Below, piece by piece: positions 28,299 through 38,693 of a stretch of DNA of 64,000 nt. Source of the stretch: an uncultured Gemmatimonadaceae bacterium. GTDB taxonomy: Bacteria; Gemmatimonadota; Gemmatimonadetes; Gemmatimonadales; Gemmatimonadaceae. Numbering within the stretch: the stretch's first letter is position 1; each line of letters opens with the position of its first letter. The stretch is taken from NCBI GenBank assembly GCA_963817955.1, contig CAWFQK010000002.1, positions 288,001-352,000 of the forward strand, in the 5' to 3' direction. Both the position numbers and the translations under genes were made by a program. Under the pieces are notes generated by a model. The model saw only the letters and a program-made list of their open reading frames with translations. It did not search any database and was not told the DNA's origin.

Positions 28299-28901
28299 AT
28301 GTCCCATCTCCTCACCCCCGGCATCGGCATCGACGAGAAGCTGCTGCGTACCGTCGTGGTCTACGGCTTCCTGCTCGCCGGCTTGCGCCTGGCCGGCAAG
28401 CGGGAGCTGTCGCAGCTCAACCCATTCGATCTCGTCGTGCTGCTCTTGCTGTCGAACACTGTGCAGAATGCCATCATCGGCGATGACAATTCTCTCACGG
28501 GTGGACTGGTCGGCGCCGGCGCGCTGCTGGTGCTCAACGCCGTGGTCGTGCGCCTGCTCTACCATTACCACAAGCTCGATGCCATCGAGGGCAAGCCGGA
28601 CACGCTCATTCGCAATGGCCGGCTGCTCCGTCATCACCTGGAGCGCGAGCTCATCACGGTGGCCGAGCTCGAGTCAGCGGCGCGGCGTCAGGGCATCTCG
28701 TCGCTCGCGCACGTGCAGGAATGCCGGCTCGAGACGGGGGGCGCGTTGACGTTCATTCAGCACGAGCCGACCGACGAACAACTCCGACATCACGAAACGA
28801 TTGGCCTGCTCGGCCAGATCGACGCGCGTCAGCGCGCCATCACCGAGCAGCTCGCCGCGCTCGAGCGGAAGATCGCCGGCACAACAGGCACCACCCCCTG
28901 A
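28299..28901 (+). CDS. DUF421/YetF-family membrane protein
   Basis: LRLAGKRELSQLNPFDLVVLLLLSN.VQ, IEG.P..LI.NG and LET.G. Confidence 0.9.
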   Translation: MSHLLTPGIGIDEKLLRTVVVYGFLLAGLRLAGKRELSQLNPFDLVVLLLLSNTVQNAIIGDDNSLTGGLVGAGALLVLNAVVVRLLYHYHKLDAIEGKPDTLIRNGRLLRHHLERELITVAELESAARRQGISSLAHVQECRLETGGALTFIQHEPTDEQLRHHETIGLLGQIDARQRAITEQLAALERKIAGTTGTTP

Positions 28902-31030
28902 TCGGAGAGTGCCGTCGCCAGCGCGCCGGCGATCGCGGCGCGGAATGCGTGGACCATGCGCGCCCCAGGCTCGGGGGCAAATGGCACCGCGCCCAGGACA
29001 CTATTGGCCCAGTCGGAGCGCATGCCGGCGGGACGGAAGCGTGCACGTCGGGCCGCAATGCCCTCGGCTCGCGCGTCCACTGCGAGCAGCAGGAGCCGCT
29101 CCCGTGCGCGCATCGCCGGGGAGTCACCGGTCATGCACAGTGTGGCCGGCAGTTCCGCGTTCGCCCATCGCGCACCGGGGCCCTCCCATGTGCCCCGCGT
29201 CGAAATCGGCGTCTCGATCACGCGGCGCACGAGCAACATGGGGTCGACCATTGCCGGGTCTGCCCACTGCGACACGAAGCCCTGTCTCGCCGAGTCGGGC
29301 ACGAACGTCATCTCGGCGATTGCCGACAATAACGACTGTGTGCCCGCCGATCCCACCACCGTTGCCGCGCCGGCTGCGTAGCCTCCGAGCACCGCATCCT
29401 GCACCGCCGTGAGGAATCCGTTGGAGCGGCCACTCGCCGCGAGGGTCGTGGCCACGAACCAGTCCACCCCGCGCGCGAACAGCTCGGCCGGCCGGTCGCC
29501 CTCCGGCAACGGGCGCGTGGCGCTGAACGGCCGCAGCAACCGGGCTTCCGCCAATCCGGTCACCGAGCTGGCGAGCAAGCCGCGTCCATCGCGCATTGCC
29601 CAATCGGTGCTATAGCCGCCCGCGGCCGGATACAGCCAGCGCGCCGCCTGCCAATCGAGATCATGCGACAACTCATGCGCAATCGTCCCTCCCGACGTCG
29701 CGATCGACAGCTGCAGGGTGCGCGTGGACGGGTCGTGCATGGCCAACGCGGAATCGCGTAGCCGATCCGCCGTGTACCGCACTCGCAAGCCGTTCACGGA
29801 CAATCCAGGGAACACCTGCCGCATGTCGCCCAGCGCTGTCTCGAGCTCTCGGAGGTAATAGGGACGCCAGGCCAACGGCGTCGATCGGGCGAAGGTCACA
29901 CTCGCCAGGCCGAACTCCGCCGACAGGTCGCTCGCCGTTGGCCCTACGTCGCCCACGAACCACGGTTCCTGCTGCGCCAGGGAGCGGAGCGCCACGGCAG
30001 TCGAGAGCACGGCGAGCGCGCTCGCGCGGTGCGCGGAGTCCGTCGGCTGTGCCGTGATCACATTCGCCGCGGCCAGCGTCTCGTCATTCGTGGCGACGAG
30101 AGGCGCCGCGGCGCGGGCGGCGAGCGTCACGACTACCGGTGCCACGGGGGGCTGGTTGGCACCCAGCGTGGCGAGGCGCAGAGCGAAGTACGGACCCATG
30201 ACTGGCCGGTCCGCCCGGACCGGCACGGCCGGGATGGTCACCCGGTCGAGCGTGTCCAGCGCTCGGAGCAGCGCGGGGACAGCGTCAATGGCTTGCGTCT
30301 GTAACTCAGCGGAGAGCGGCAACAGCGGCGGCTGTTCCACGCGCAGGCTGCGGCTGGAACGCCGCGCGGTGGCCAACTGCAAGACATCAGCGTGTTGCTC
30401 GTTCGCGTCGACCAACAAGTCTCTGACATCTGCTTCTGCCTCGACGCGGTCGCGTACGAGCGCCGCCGTCTGCGTGGCGGCGGAGACCGCCGACGTCGCG
30501 AGCTTGCCTTTGCTCGCTTCTAGAGTGTACGCCAGACGCACCGCGAGCTCGCCGGCGCGTGGATCGGACGCGCTGCGCACTGCCTGCTCGATCAGCGCGA
30601 GGTGCGCGGCTCCCACCGAACCATGTCCGTCAGCAGACCACGGTCCGGCGCCGTCGAGCACAACCGGATCGATGACGTACGCATCGCCGCGGCGGGTGCG
30701 CGCCAGGAGCGCCCAGGCGACGCGTGCGCGGGTCGGTGCGTCGAGTCGCGGATCACGCAGCGCTTCATCGGCCAGCGCAAACGGGTCGCGAAGACCCAGG
30801 CGGAGTCGCTCGAGATATCCAAGCGCAATCGTCAGCGCGTCGCCGCGAGCGCCACGCGGACGCGCCGCGCGGGCCAGGACAATGGTGGAGTCGAAGTACG
30901 CGGCCGCGTCGACCAGCTCGCGCACCGCCACCGGACTCACCGCCGGACGCGCCCTCGCCCAGCCGAGCAGCACGGAAATGCCCAGCAGTGCGGCCGTAGT
31001 CAGCATCGAGATCCGACGTACGACATCCAT
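28829..31030 (-). CDS. Large secreted hypothetical protein with an HExxH zinc-metallopeptidase-like motif
   Basis: N-terminal hydrophobic signal, TIAHELSHDLD, and a downstream ELFAR. Confidence 0.65.
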   Translation of the reverse strand: MDVVRRISMLTTAALLGISVLLGWARARPAVSPVAVRELVDAAAYFDSTIVLARAARPRGARGDALTIALGYLERLRLGLRDPFALADEALRDPRLDAPTRARVAWALLARTRRGDAYVIDPVVLDGAGPWSADGHGSVGAAHLALIEQAVRSASDPRAGELAVRLAYTLEASKGKLATSAVSAATQTAALVRDRVEAEADVRDLLVDANEQHADVLQLATARRSSRSLRVEQPPLLPLSAELQTQAIDAVPALLRALDTLDRVTIPAVPVRADRPVMGPYFALRLATLGANQPPVAPVVVTLAARAAAPLVATNDETLAAANVITAQPTDSAHRASALAVLSTAVALRSLAQQEPWFVGDVGPTASDLSAEFGLASVTFARSTPLAWRPYYLRELETALGDMRQVFPGLSVNGLRVRYTADRLRDSALAMHDPSTRTLQLSIATSGGTIAHELSHDLDWQAARWLYPAAGGYSTDWAMRDGRGLLASSVTGLAEARLLRPFSATRPLPEGDRPAELFARGVDWFVATTLAASGRSNGFLTAVQDAVLGGYAAGAATVVGSAGTQSLLSAIAEMTFVPDSARQGFVSQWADPAMVDPMLLVRRVIETPISTRGTWEGPGARWANAELPATLCMTGDSPAMRARERLLLLAVDARAEGIAARRARFRPAGMRSDWANSVLGAVPFAPEPGARMVHAFRAAIAGALATALSDQGVVPVVPAIFRSSAASCSVMAR

Positions 31031-31098
31031 AGATGCCTCGTACCCCGCGTCACTTGGGCGGTTGCGGCCACCGCCCAAACGCGGCAATCTTGACTACC

Positions 31099-32067
31099 AT
31101 GCGATCCCGCCGCCCGTTGGCCCTCGCGACGCTTGCGTCGCTCAGTCTCAGTCTCAGTTTCGGCATGCGCACGGCACTCGCGCAGCAAACGCGCCTGACC
31201 ATGCAACCCCGCAAGCCGTCCGGTGGATCGCTCGTACGGTTGACGATCGATCATGGCATGGGGCACGGCGACCTGGCGCGCGCCAACGGCACCATGGCCG
31301 GAGAACCCCTGCATTTTATCGCTGCCGCTGGCGGAAAGCTCCAGGCGCTCGCAGCCATTCCGTTGGATGCATCGGACTCCGTCGTCGCCAACGTAACTGT
31401 GGAGCGCGATGCCGGCGTGGTGGACACGCTGCGGATATTCCTCCGGTTCCCCCACAGGGCCGCTCCCCAAGGCACTACCGGCGGCCGCGTGGCCGGCGCG
31501 CGACGGCTGCGCGTGGACCCACAGTTCACGCGCCGCATGGACTTGGCGACCACGACACGGATAGAGGACGAGAACGAGCTCGCGCGGCAGGTGGGACGCC
31601 GCGCGCAACTGACGCCTCAGCTCTGGACGCTGCCCTTCCTTCGTCCGCGCTCGGCCCGGGTCACGAGTCGGTTCGGGAGCGGCCGGTTATTCAATGGGCG
31701 CGTGTCCAGCAGCCACCTTGGCATTGACTACCGGGGATCTGTTGGGGAGCCGATATATGCGGCGAACAGGGGAGTGGTCGCTCTCGTCGCCAGTTTCTTT
31801 CTCGCCGGCAACGTGGTCTATGTGGATCACGGCGATGGCGTGGTCACTGGCTACTTCCATATGAGCCGCCCCGAAGTCGCCGTGGGCGACACGGTACAGC
31901 GCGGCCAGGAAATAGGCCTCGTTGGTGCGACGGGACGCGTCACCGGCCCGCATCTGCACTGGAGCGCGCGGTTCGGCGCGTTGACGATCGACCCGGCGGA
32001 TCTGCTGTCGCTGGACTCCCCATTCGTGGCGAGCACAGCCACCGGCGTCGCCGGCAATCACCGGTAA
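31099..32067 (+). CDS. M23-family metallopeptidase
   Basis: Signal peptide, HLGIDY, HGDG..T.Y.HMS and TGPHLHW. Confidence 0.92.
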   Translation: MRSRRPLALATLASLSLSLSFGMRTALAQQTRLTMQPRKPSGGSLVRLTIDHGMGHGDLARANGTMAGEPLHFIAAAGGKLQALAAIPLDASDSVVANVTVERDAGVVDTLRIFLRFPHRAAPQGTTGGRVAGARRLRVDPQFTRRMDLATTTRIEDENELARQVGRRAQLTPQLWTLPFLRPRSARVTSRFGSGRLFNGRVSSSHLGIDYRGSVGEPIYAANRGVVALVASFFLAGNVVYVDHGDGVVTGYFHMSRPEVAVGDTVQRGQEIGLVGATGRVTGPHLHWSARFGALTIDPADLLSLDSPFVASTATGVAGNHR

Positions 32068-32435
32068 TGGCCTGCTCGTCACGGGTGGCAACAAAGCCCT
32101 GACAACCGTAATCAAATAGTTAACGCGTCAAGCATGTGACGTATTTGGAGTTGGGTGGATTTAAGTCACTGCGTGGGGCCTCTGTTGACTACGGTTTAGC
32201 CCACTGATTAGTTAAGCGGTCGCGAGTGATGCCCGGGTTATCCCACGCCAAGTCAAACCACGGTTTGGTCGGCGCAGCAGTGAGAGGCTCCGCCGGGCTA
32301 GTTCGCGATGCAGTTCCGTCGGTTGCAGCATGCGGGATTGTTCGGGCCCTCACTGGATCACGTTCGTCGCACGCCGCGGTGCGCGCGTCAGAGGCGAACA
32401 GCAGGCCAGTCACTCACACGAGGTAGACACACGTC

Positions 32436-35400
32436 ATGACGAGACACCTCCACCGCGTAGTCGCGGTCGCGGGAACGTTGCTGGGATTGCTCCCTGCAGC
32501 GGCACTCGCGCAAGGAACCACCATCAGCGGCCGCGTCACGAGCGACGCGCAAGCGCCCCTACAGGGCGTGAGCGTCAGCATCGCGACGCTCGGCGCCGGC
32601 GCGTACACCGACGACGCCGGACGTTATTCCTTCACCGTGCCCGCGGCGCGGGCCACGGGACAGACCGTTGCCCTGAGTGCTCGGCGAATCGGTTTCGTTC
32701 CCAAGACGGTGTCGATCACACTGTCCGGCGCCTCCATCACCCAGGACTTCGCGCTGACGGCGAGCGCGACACAGCTCACCGGCGTCGTGGTCACGGCCCT
32801 CGGTCTGACGCGCGAAAAGAGCCAGCTTGGCACGGCACAGCAGCAGATCACGTCCACCGACCTGAACGTCACCAAGGCGCTCAGTATCGTTGATCAGATG
32901 CAGGGCAAGGTATCCGGCGTCCAGATCACTGGCGCGGGGACGCAGGGTGGTTCCACGAACATCATCATTCGCGGCTCCAACTCGATCACCGGCGTCAACA
33001 CTCCGTTGTTCGTGGTGGACGGCGTGCCGGTGTCCAATATGGACCGGGGCGGCAGCGCGAACGGCGCGTTCGATTACGGCAGCGCGATCAGCGACCTCAA
33101 TCCGGAAGACGTCGAGTCGATGTCGGTCCTCAAGGGACCGAACGCGGCGGCGCTCTACGGTTCGCGCGCGGCGAACGGCGTCATCGTCATCACCACCAAG
33201 AAGGGTCACAGCACCGGCGGCCGCGGCCGCGTGGACGGCACCACGACCTTCACGCTCGACAGCCCGTCGCGGCTGTGGGATTACCAGAACTTGTACGGCC
33301 AGGGAGCTGCGGGTGAGTTCCAGTACGTAGACGGCGCCGGCGGCGGCGTGCACGACGATCTGGACCAGAGCTTTGGCCCCAAGCTCGACGGCCGCACCAC
33401 CGGCTGCACGCACATCGGCAACGACCCGACAAAGGCGTACGACACATCCGCGCCCTGTCTGCAGTTCACGAGCCCGAATGCGGCATCCCCCTGGATCGCG
33501 CATCCGGACAACGTGAAGGATTTCTTCAACACCGGGCACACCTCGTCCACGAACATTGCCGCCACCGGCGGAACGGACCGCGCCAATGCGCGCTTGTCGG
33601 TCGGCTCCGACAACACCTTGGGCATCGTCCCGAACAACTTCTTCCAGAAGACCTCGGGCCTGCTCAGCGGCAACCTGCAGGTGACCGACAAGTTCAGCAC
33701 CAGCGGCACGCTCCAGTACGTTCGGAACTCGGCACGCAACCGTCCCGGCACCGGCTACACCGTCGGCATCATGGAGAGCATGATCTGGTTCGGCCGTCAG
33801 GTGGACATGAACGCGCTGAAGGCAAACGTCAATCTGCCGGGGAGCACGAACGGTGGTCCGGCGGACCGCGAGTACAACTGGAACTACAACTTCCACAACA
33901 ATCCGTTCTGGCTGCAGAACGACAATCCACTGTACGACGCCCGCGACCGCTTCATTGCGTCCGCCTCGGCCACGTACAAGATCCTGGATTGGGTGAACGC
34001 TACGTTCAGCTCCGGTTCGGACATCTACAACTACAACATCAATCAGGATTTCGCGCACGGGAACCTCGCGTATGCAGACGCGGCATTCGCCGGCGGGTTC
34101 AACGATCGCAACCAGTATCGCAACGAGAACAACACCCAGATGCTGCTCACGGCGAGCCGCGGCATCGGGTCGCATTTCGCGTTCAACGGCACCGCGGGTG
34201 GCAATATGCGCGCCGAGCAGCAATCCACGAGCTCCGTGAACACGGCCGGCATTTCGGCCCCGGGGATCTACAATGTTGCCAACGCGGCGATCGCCCCGAC
34301 CCTCGCGCAGGAGGAATTGCGCCGGCAAGTGAACAGTGTGTTTGGTTCGGCGGCGTTCACCTGGAACAATTGGTGGACCGTGGAAGGCACGGCGCGTAAC
34401 GACTGGTCGTCGACGCTGCCGCAGGGCTCCAACTCGTACTTCTACCCGTCGGTGAACACGTCGATCGTGCTGTCCGACGCGTTCCCGTCGCTCAAGGACC
34501 ACGGCATCTCGTACCTCAAACTGCGCGGCGCCGTCGCGCAGGTGGGTAATGACGCAGACCCGTACAAACTGCGCGCGACCTACACCGGCAACTCGAACAA
34601 GTTCGGCGGTCTCCCGCAGTTCTCGTTCGGCGACGTGCTCGCCAACCCGATCCTGAAGCCGGAGATCACCAACTCGAGCGAGGGTGGTGCCGAACTTGGC
34701 CTGCTCGATGGTCGCATCACACTCGACGCGAGCCTGTACTCCAAGTTGACGAAGAACCAGATCTTCAACGTGACGATCTCGCCGGCAACCGGCTTCACGT
34801 CGAAGGCAATCAACGCCGGCCGCATCGACAACAAGGGTTTCGAAGCACTCCTCACGCTCATCCCGCTGCGACTGGGGAATGGCGCCGAGTGGACGACGAC
34901 CTTCAACTATTCGCACAACGTGAGCAAGGTGGCTGAGCTGTCCCCGGGCATCCAGACCATCGTACTCGGCAGCACGTGGGGCACGAATACCGAAGCGCGC
35001 CTGGGCGACCCCTACGGCGACATCTACGGGTATGCGTTCCTGCGCGACAGCGCAACGCATCAGCTCATCCTGAATCCGTCGTCGCGCCCCGACGGGGTGG
35101 CGGAAGCCATCACGCAGCGCGGACCGCTCCAGGTGCTGGGCAACATTCAGCCGAAGTGGATCGGGAGCTGGGGCAACACGTTCACGTACAAGAACTACTC
35201 ACTGACCGCGCTCATCGATGTGCGCCGCGGTGGTCAGTTCTTCAGCGTCTCCAACTTCTGGGGCGACTACGCCGGCATTACGCAGGCAAGCCTCCAGGGC
35301 CGCGAAGTGGACTGGAACAATCCCGGAGTCGTCGTGAAGGGAGTCCTCAAGTCAAGCTGCGGCGCGGGTTCGCGCGCGTCCACCGACGGCCAATACGTCT

Positions 35401-35732
35401 GCGTCGGCGGCGGTACCGCGAACACGCTGACGTCGACGTCGGAAGACTACTTCCAGAACATCTACCCGGTGGTCGAGTCGTCCATCTATACGGACAACTG
35501 GGTCAAGCTCCGCGAACTGCGCTTCGGCATCGATCTGCCGTCGAGTCTGGCGAGCCGCCTCAAGGTCTCGTCGGCGAACATCGCTTTCGTGGGCAGAAAT
35601 CTTTGGACATCGACGAACGTGCCGAATATCGATCCTGAGTTCTCGTATTCCACGGGCAACTATCAAGGTTCGGAATTCGCCGCGCTGCCGAACCCGCGGT
35701 CGGTCGGATTCAGTGTCCGACTGACGCCGTGA
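32436..35732 (+). CDS. SusC/RagA-family TonB-linked outer-membrane transporter
   Basis: N-terminal carboxypeptidase-like domain, DLNPEDVES.SVLKGPNAAALYGSRAANGVIVITTKKG and a barrel. Confidence 0.95.
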   Translation: MTRHLHRVVAVAGTLLGLLPAAALAQGTTISGRVTSDAQAPLQGVSVSIATLGAGAYTDDAGRYSFTVPAARATGQTVALSARRIGFVPKTVSITLSGASITQDFALTASATQLTGVVVTALGLTREKSQLGTAQQQITSTDLNVTKALSIVDQMQGKVSGVQITGAGTQGGSTNIIIRGSNSITGVNTPLFVVDGVPVSNMDRGGSANGAFDYGSAISDLNPEDVESMSVLKGPNAAALYGSRAANGVIVITTKKGHSTGGRGRVDGTTTFTLDSPSRLWDYQNLYGQGAAGEFQYVDGAGGGVHDDLDQSFGPKLDGRTTGCTHIGNDPTKAYDTSAPCLQFTSPNAASPWIAHPDNVKDFFNTGHTSSTNIAATGGTDRANARLSVGSDNTLGIVPNNFFQKTSGLLSGNLQVTDKFSTSGTLQYVRNSARNRPGTGYTVGIMESMIWFGRQVDMNALKANVNLPGSTNGGPADREYNWNYNFHNNPFWLQNDNPLYDARDRFIASASATYKILDWVNATFSSGSDIYNYNINQDFAHGNLAYADAAFAGGFNDRNQYRNENNTQMLLTASRGIGSHFAFNGTAGGNMRAEQQSTSSVNTAGISAPGIYNVANAAIAPTLAQEELRRQVNSVFGSAAFTWNNWWTVEGTARNDWSSTLPQGSNSYFYPSVNTSIVLSDAFPSLKDHGISYLKLRGAVAQVGNDADPYKLRATYTGNSNKFGGLPQFSFGDVLANPILKPEITNSSEGGAELGLLDGRITLDASLYSKLTKNQIFNVTISPATGFTSKAINAGRIDNKGFEALLTLIPLRLGNGAEWTTTFNYSHNVSKVAELSPGIQTIVLGSTWGTNTEARLGDPYGDIYGYAFLRDSATHQLILNPSSRPDGVAEAITQRGPLQVLGNIQPKWIGSWGNTFTYKNYSLTALIDVRRGGQFFSVSNFWGDYAGITQASLQGREVDWNNPGVVVKGVLKSSCGAGSRASTDGQYVCVGGGTANTLTSTSEDYFQNIYPVVESSIYTDNWVKLRELRFGIDLPSSLASRLKVSSANIAFVGRNLWTSTNVPNIDPEFSYSTGNYQGSEFAALPNPRSVGFSVRLTP

Positions 35733-35752
35733 TCACACAGGGAGAACTCTCA

Positions 35753-37312
35753 ATGATGATCCATAGAGCACGTTTGCTGACCGCAGGCGCCGGACTGGCG
35801 CTCGCCCTCGGCGCCATGGCGTGCAACAACGATACGATCACCAACATCAACAAGAACCCGAACAACCCGGAAGACGTTCCGGTCACGACGATCTTCACGA
35901 GCGCGGCCCAGAACGCCACGAGCCGTTGGCTCGGGCAGAGCTACAACATGCGCGAGGTGTCATTCGTCGCGCAGCACATGGCGGAGCAGCAGTACCCGGA
36001 CGAGGATCGCTATTCTCGTCTCGGTTCCTCGAACACCGCGTTCAACTTCAACACGTACACGAACGAGCTCGAGGATCTCCAGAAGGTCATTCAGAAGGGA
36101 ACGGCGGCGAGTGACGCCGGCACCTGGGCGCCCGCCCAAGTGCTCAAGATCTGGGATTTCAGCTACCTGACGAATACCTTCGGCGACATTCCTTATTTCC
36201 AGGCACTCGCCGGAGATAGCGTGGGTTCCACCACCACGCCGGCGTACGACGCGCAGAAGACCATCTACCCGGATCTTTTCGCAAAGTTGGACGCCGCCAC
36301 CAAGGCGCTCGCGAGCGCCAGCAACTCGCTCGGCAAGGCGGATCCGATCCTCGCCGGCGATCCGGCAGGTTGGCAGCGTTTCGCCAACTCGCTTCGTGCC
36401 CGTCTGGCGATCACGATCGTCAACGCGGACCCGGCGCAGGCCAGTGCTCAGCTTTCGGCTGCGTTCGGCGCAGCAGGTGGCGTGGTCACCACGACCGCGC
36501 AGAACGTGAAGCTCGTCTGGCCAGGCGATGGTGTGTACAACAACGGGTGGTCGGACTTCTTCAAGACCCGTGATGACAATCGCATGTCGCAGACGTTGAT
36601 CAACATCATGAACGCGTACGGCGATCCGAGGGTAGGCGTCTACGCCCAGCCCCTCCCCGGGACGACGGCTACCTACGCCGGCATGCCGAACGGATTGTCG
36701 GCGGCGGCGGCGAGCAAGTATGCCAATACCGCATCTCGCGTCGGTGCGGTGCTCTTCCCGGGCGCCACGGCCTTCGGCACCTTCGGCGGCAGCGGCGCCA
36801 CGTTCCCTTCGTTCCTCATCACGGCAGCCGAGGTGAACTTCATCATGGCTGAAGCCGCCGAGCGCGGTCTTGGCGGAAAGACTGCTGGTCAGGCGGCCGG
36901 TTTCTACAATGCAGCCATTACGGCCTCCATGCAGCAGTGGGGCGTGACGGACGCGACGGCCATCGCTACGTACCTTGCCGGCCCGAGTGTGGCCTACGCT
37001 GGTGGCACAGCAGGTTTGACGCAGATTGCCATTCAGAAGTGGATCGCCCTGTTCACCGACGGTGGTCAGGCATGGACCGAATGGCGTCGCACCTGCCAGC
37101 CGAACACGATCAAGCCTGGCGCGGCCGCGACGAACGCAACGGTGCCGCGTCGGTTCATGTACTCGCCGACTGAGTACGCTGTGAACCTTGCCGCGGTGAC
37201 CGCGGCTGCAACGGCGCTCGGAACCAATGGCGACAGCTTCAATGGCCGGATGTGGTGGGACACGGCGCCGACGGCTGCGCCGACGTACCCCGGTGCGGGT
37301 TCGTGCTTCTGA
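35753..37312 (+). CDS. SusD/RagB-family lipoprotein
   Basis: Lipobox AMAC, N.NPN, FGDIPY, W..FANSL..R and I..QKWIA.F....AW.E.RRT. Confidence 0.93.
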   Translation: MMIHRARLLTAGAGLALALGAMACNNDTITNINKNPNNPEDVPVTTIFTSAAQNATSRWLGQSYNMREVSFVAQHMAEQQYPDEDRYSRLGSSNTAFNFNTYTNELEDLQKVIQKGTAASDAGTWAPAQVLKIWDFSYLTNTFGDIPYFQALAGDSVGSTTTPAYDAQKTIYPDLFAKLDAATKALASASNSLGKADPILAGDPAGWQRFANSLRARLAITIVNADPAQASAQLSAAFGAAGGVVTTTAQNVKLVWPGDGVYNNGWSDFFKTRDDNRMSQTLINIMNAYGDPRVGVYAQPLPGTTATYAGMPNGLSAAAASKYANTASRVGAVLFPGATAFGTFGGSGATFPSFLITAAEVNFIMAEAAERGLGGKTAGQAAGFYNAAITASMQQWGVTDATAIATYLAGPSVAYAGGTAGLTQIAIQKWIALFTDGGQAWTEWRRTCQPNTIKPGAAATNATVPRRFMYSPTEYAVNLAAVTAAATALGTNGDSFNGRMWWDTAPTAAPTYPGAGSCF

Positions 37313-37344
37313 TGGTGTAGTGGTAGGGTTTGTGAATGAAGAAG

Positions 37345-37375
37345 GCGGCCGGGCAATTGCCCGGCCGCTTTTTTT
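37345..37375 (+). terminator. Rho-independent terminator of susCD
   Basis: GCGGCCGGGC-AATT-GCCCGGCCGC followed by T7. Confidence 0.9.
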
Positions 37376-37385
37376 CAGGAGCGAA

Positions 37386-37456
37386 GGCGTGTCATCCGGA
37401 GAGACGGCGTGTCATCCGGAGCGACGGCCTGTCATCCTGAGCGGAGCGAAGGATCT
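37386..37456 (+). repeat. Three ~20-nt degenerate repeats ending in a REP-like GTCATCCTGAGCGGAGCGAAGGATCT
   Basis: GGCGTGTCATCCGGAGAGAC, GGCGTGTCATCCGGAGCGAC and GGCCTGTCATCCTGAGCGGAGCGAAGGATCT. Confidence 0.85.
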
Positions 37457-37462
37457 CTTTTG

Positions 37463-37585
37463 ACCGGCTGGATGTCGCTGGCTGCTCCGTACCGGTCGGC
37501 CCACCGGTCGGCGAGTTCCGAGTTTCCAGTTCTGAGTTGTGCGTTGTGAGTTTCTCGTGTCTCGTGTCTCGTGTCCCGTGTCTCG
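37463..37585 (-). repeat. Heptamer-built intergenic element, copy B
   Basis: Reverse complement of copies A and C; abuts the stop codon at 37586. Confidence 0.9.
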
Positions 37586-38386
37586 TCAGCGGCTCTTCGT
37601 CCAGACGAGAATGGTTCCGCAGACCGCGGAGCGATCGAAGTACTGCGCCGGAATGCCGGCGAAGGAGCTGTAGACCTCGATTGCCGCGATATCGCTCCCC
37701 TGGACCGCTTCATCGAGCTCGGCATCCGTCATCCGTACACCGTCCACCCAGATGAGCGGACCAATGGTGTCATTCGATTCTCCGGGCACGCCGCACCCAC
37801 GGATGCGCACGAGATTACCGATTCGACGGGACGGCCGGAGGTCAATTCCAGGAATGGTACGCAGCGCCTGACTCGGGTACTGGACATTCATCTGCGCCAG
37901 TGCGTCCGGCGTGATGTAATGTCCAAAGCTGTTGGCCTGTTGTCGTTCGAAAAAACCTCGTAACCGCAGGTCGTTCACGTTCGGCGTGTCATCTTCATCA
38001 TCATCGACGTGGACCGTTCCGAGCTTGGCGGCCATCGGCTCGAGCGTGACAAACACACTGGACGTCCGGTCGGCGCGACTCGATGGCACCGGCACCACGG
38101 CGGGCCGGAACCCCAGGCGGCGTACGCGGACCTTCTCCGGCACGGCGGGAAGCTCCATCACACGAAACTTGCCGTTCGCGTCCGACCGAACGTACATGCT
38201 GGCGGTATCGTGGCGCATGAGGGCGACCTCGGCATCCGGAATGGGATTGCCTTCGCGATCGGCGACGGTACCGCTCAACGTGTAGCCGCTTACCGCGACG
38301 AGCCGTGCCGGGCCCGGGCTCTGAGCGGCTGCGTGCGCGACGCCCAGGCAGAGTGCCAGGCTGAGCCCCTCGTGGATCATTCGCAT
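37586..38386 (-). CDS. Carboxypeptidase-regulatory-like domain + TonB plug-like domain protein
   Basis: GTV.D..G.PI..AEV, RRLGF.P, GF.ER....G.YI, ..VDG and IAAIEVY......P....CG.I..WT. Confidence 0.85.
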   Translation of the reverse strand: MRMIHEGLSLALCLGVAHAAAQSPGPARLVAVSGYTLSGTVADREGNPIPDAEVALMRHDTASMYVRSDANGKFRVMELPAVPEKVRVRRLGFRPAVVPVPSSRADRTSSVFVTLEPMAAKLGTVHVDDDEDDTPNVNDLRLRGFFERQQANSFGHYITPDALAQMNVQYPSQALRTIPGIDLRPSRRIGNLVRIRGCGVPGESNDTIGPLIWVDGVRMTDAELDEAVQGSDIAAIEVYSSFAGIPAQYFDRSAVCGTILVWTKSR

Positions 38387-38425
38387 CCTCACGGCCGCCT
38401 CCAACTTTGGCTGTTTGATGCTGCC

Positions 38426-38477
38426 GCTTGTTGCAGCGTCTGTCAACACAGCTTGTTGCAGCGTCTGTCAACACAGC
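38426..38477. repeat. 25-bp perfect tandem duplication in an upstream region
   Basis: GCTTGTTGCAGCGTCTGTCAACACA x2. Confidence 0.9.
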
Positions 38478-38584
38478 ATTGAAACGTATACTCAGTACAC
38501 GACGCCTATTGCCTAAAGCGTTCCACGGATTGGCGCGCTCCCCGTCGATCGCGATTCCGCGGCGGGAGACTTCGCAAACTCGAC

Positions 38585-38617
38585 AAAACAGAGCGGGCCC
38601 CACGTCGGGGGCCCGCT
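38585..38617 (-). terminator. Probable terminator of the ffh-rnhB operon
   Basis: AGCGGGCCCC/GGGGCCCGCT stem, followed on the minus strand by CTGTTTT. Confidence 0.65.
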
Positions 38618-38693
38618 TCCACTCCTGCACGCCAATGAGACGCCGTAGGCCGCCCAACCGCTTACCGCTTTGCTGATCCCGACCTGGATCCGC

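Noticed and set aside
32068..32435. Riboswitch/ncRNA in the long susC leader
   Set aside because: No recognisable cobalamin, TPP or other aptamer consensus by eye. An Infernal/Rfam scan would be needed to settle it.
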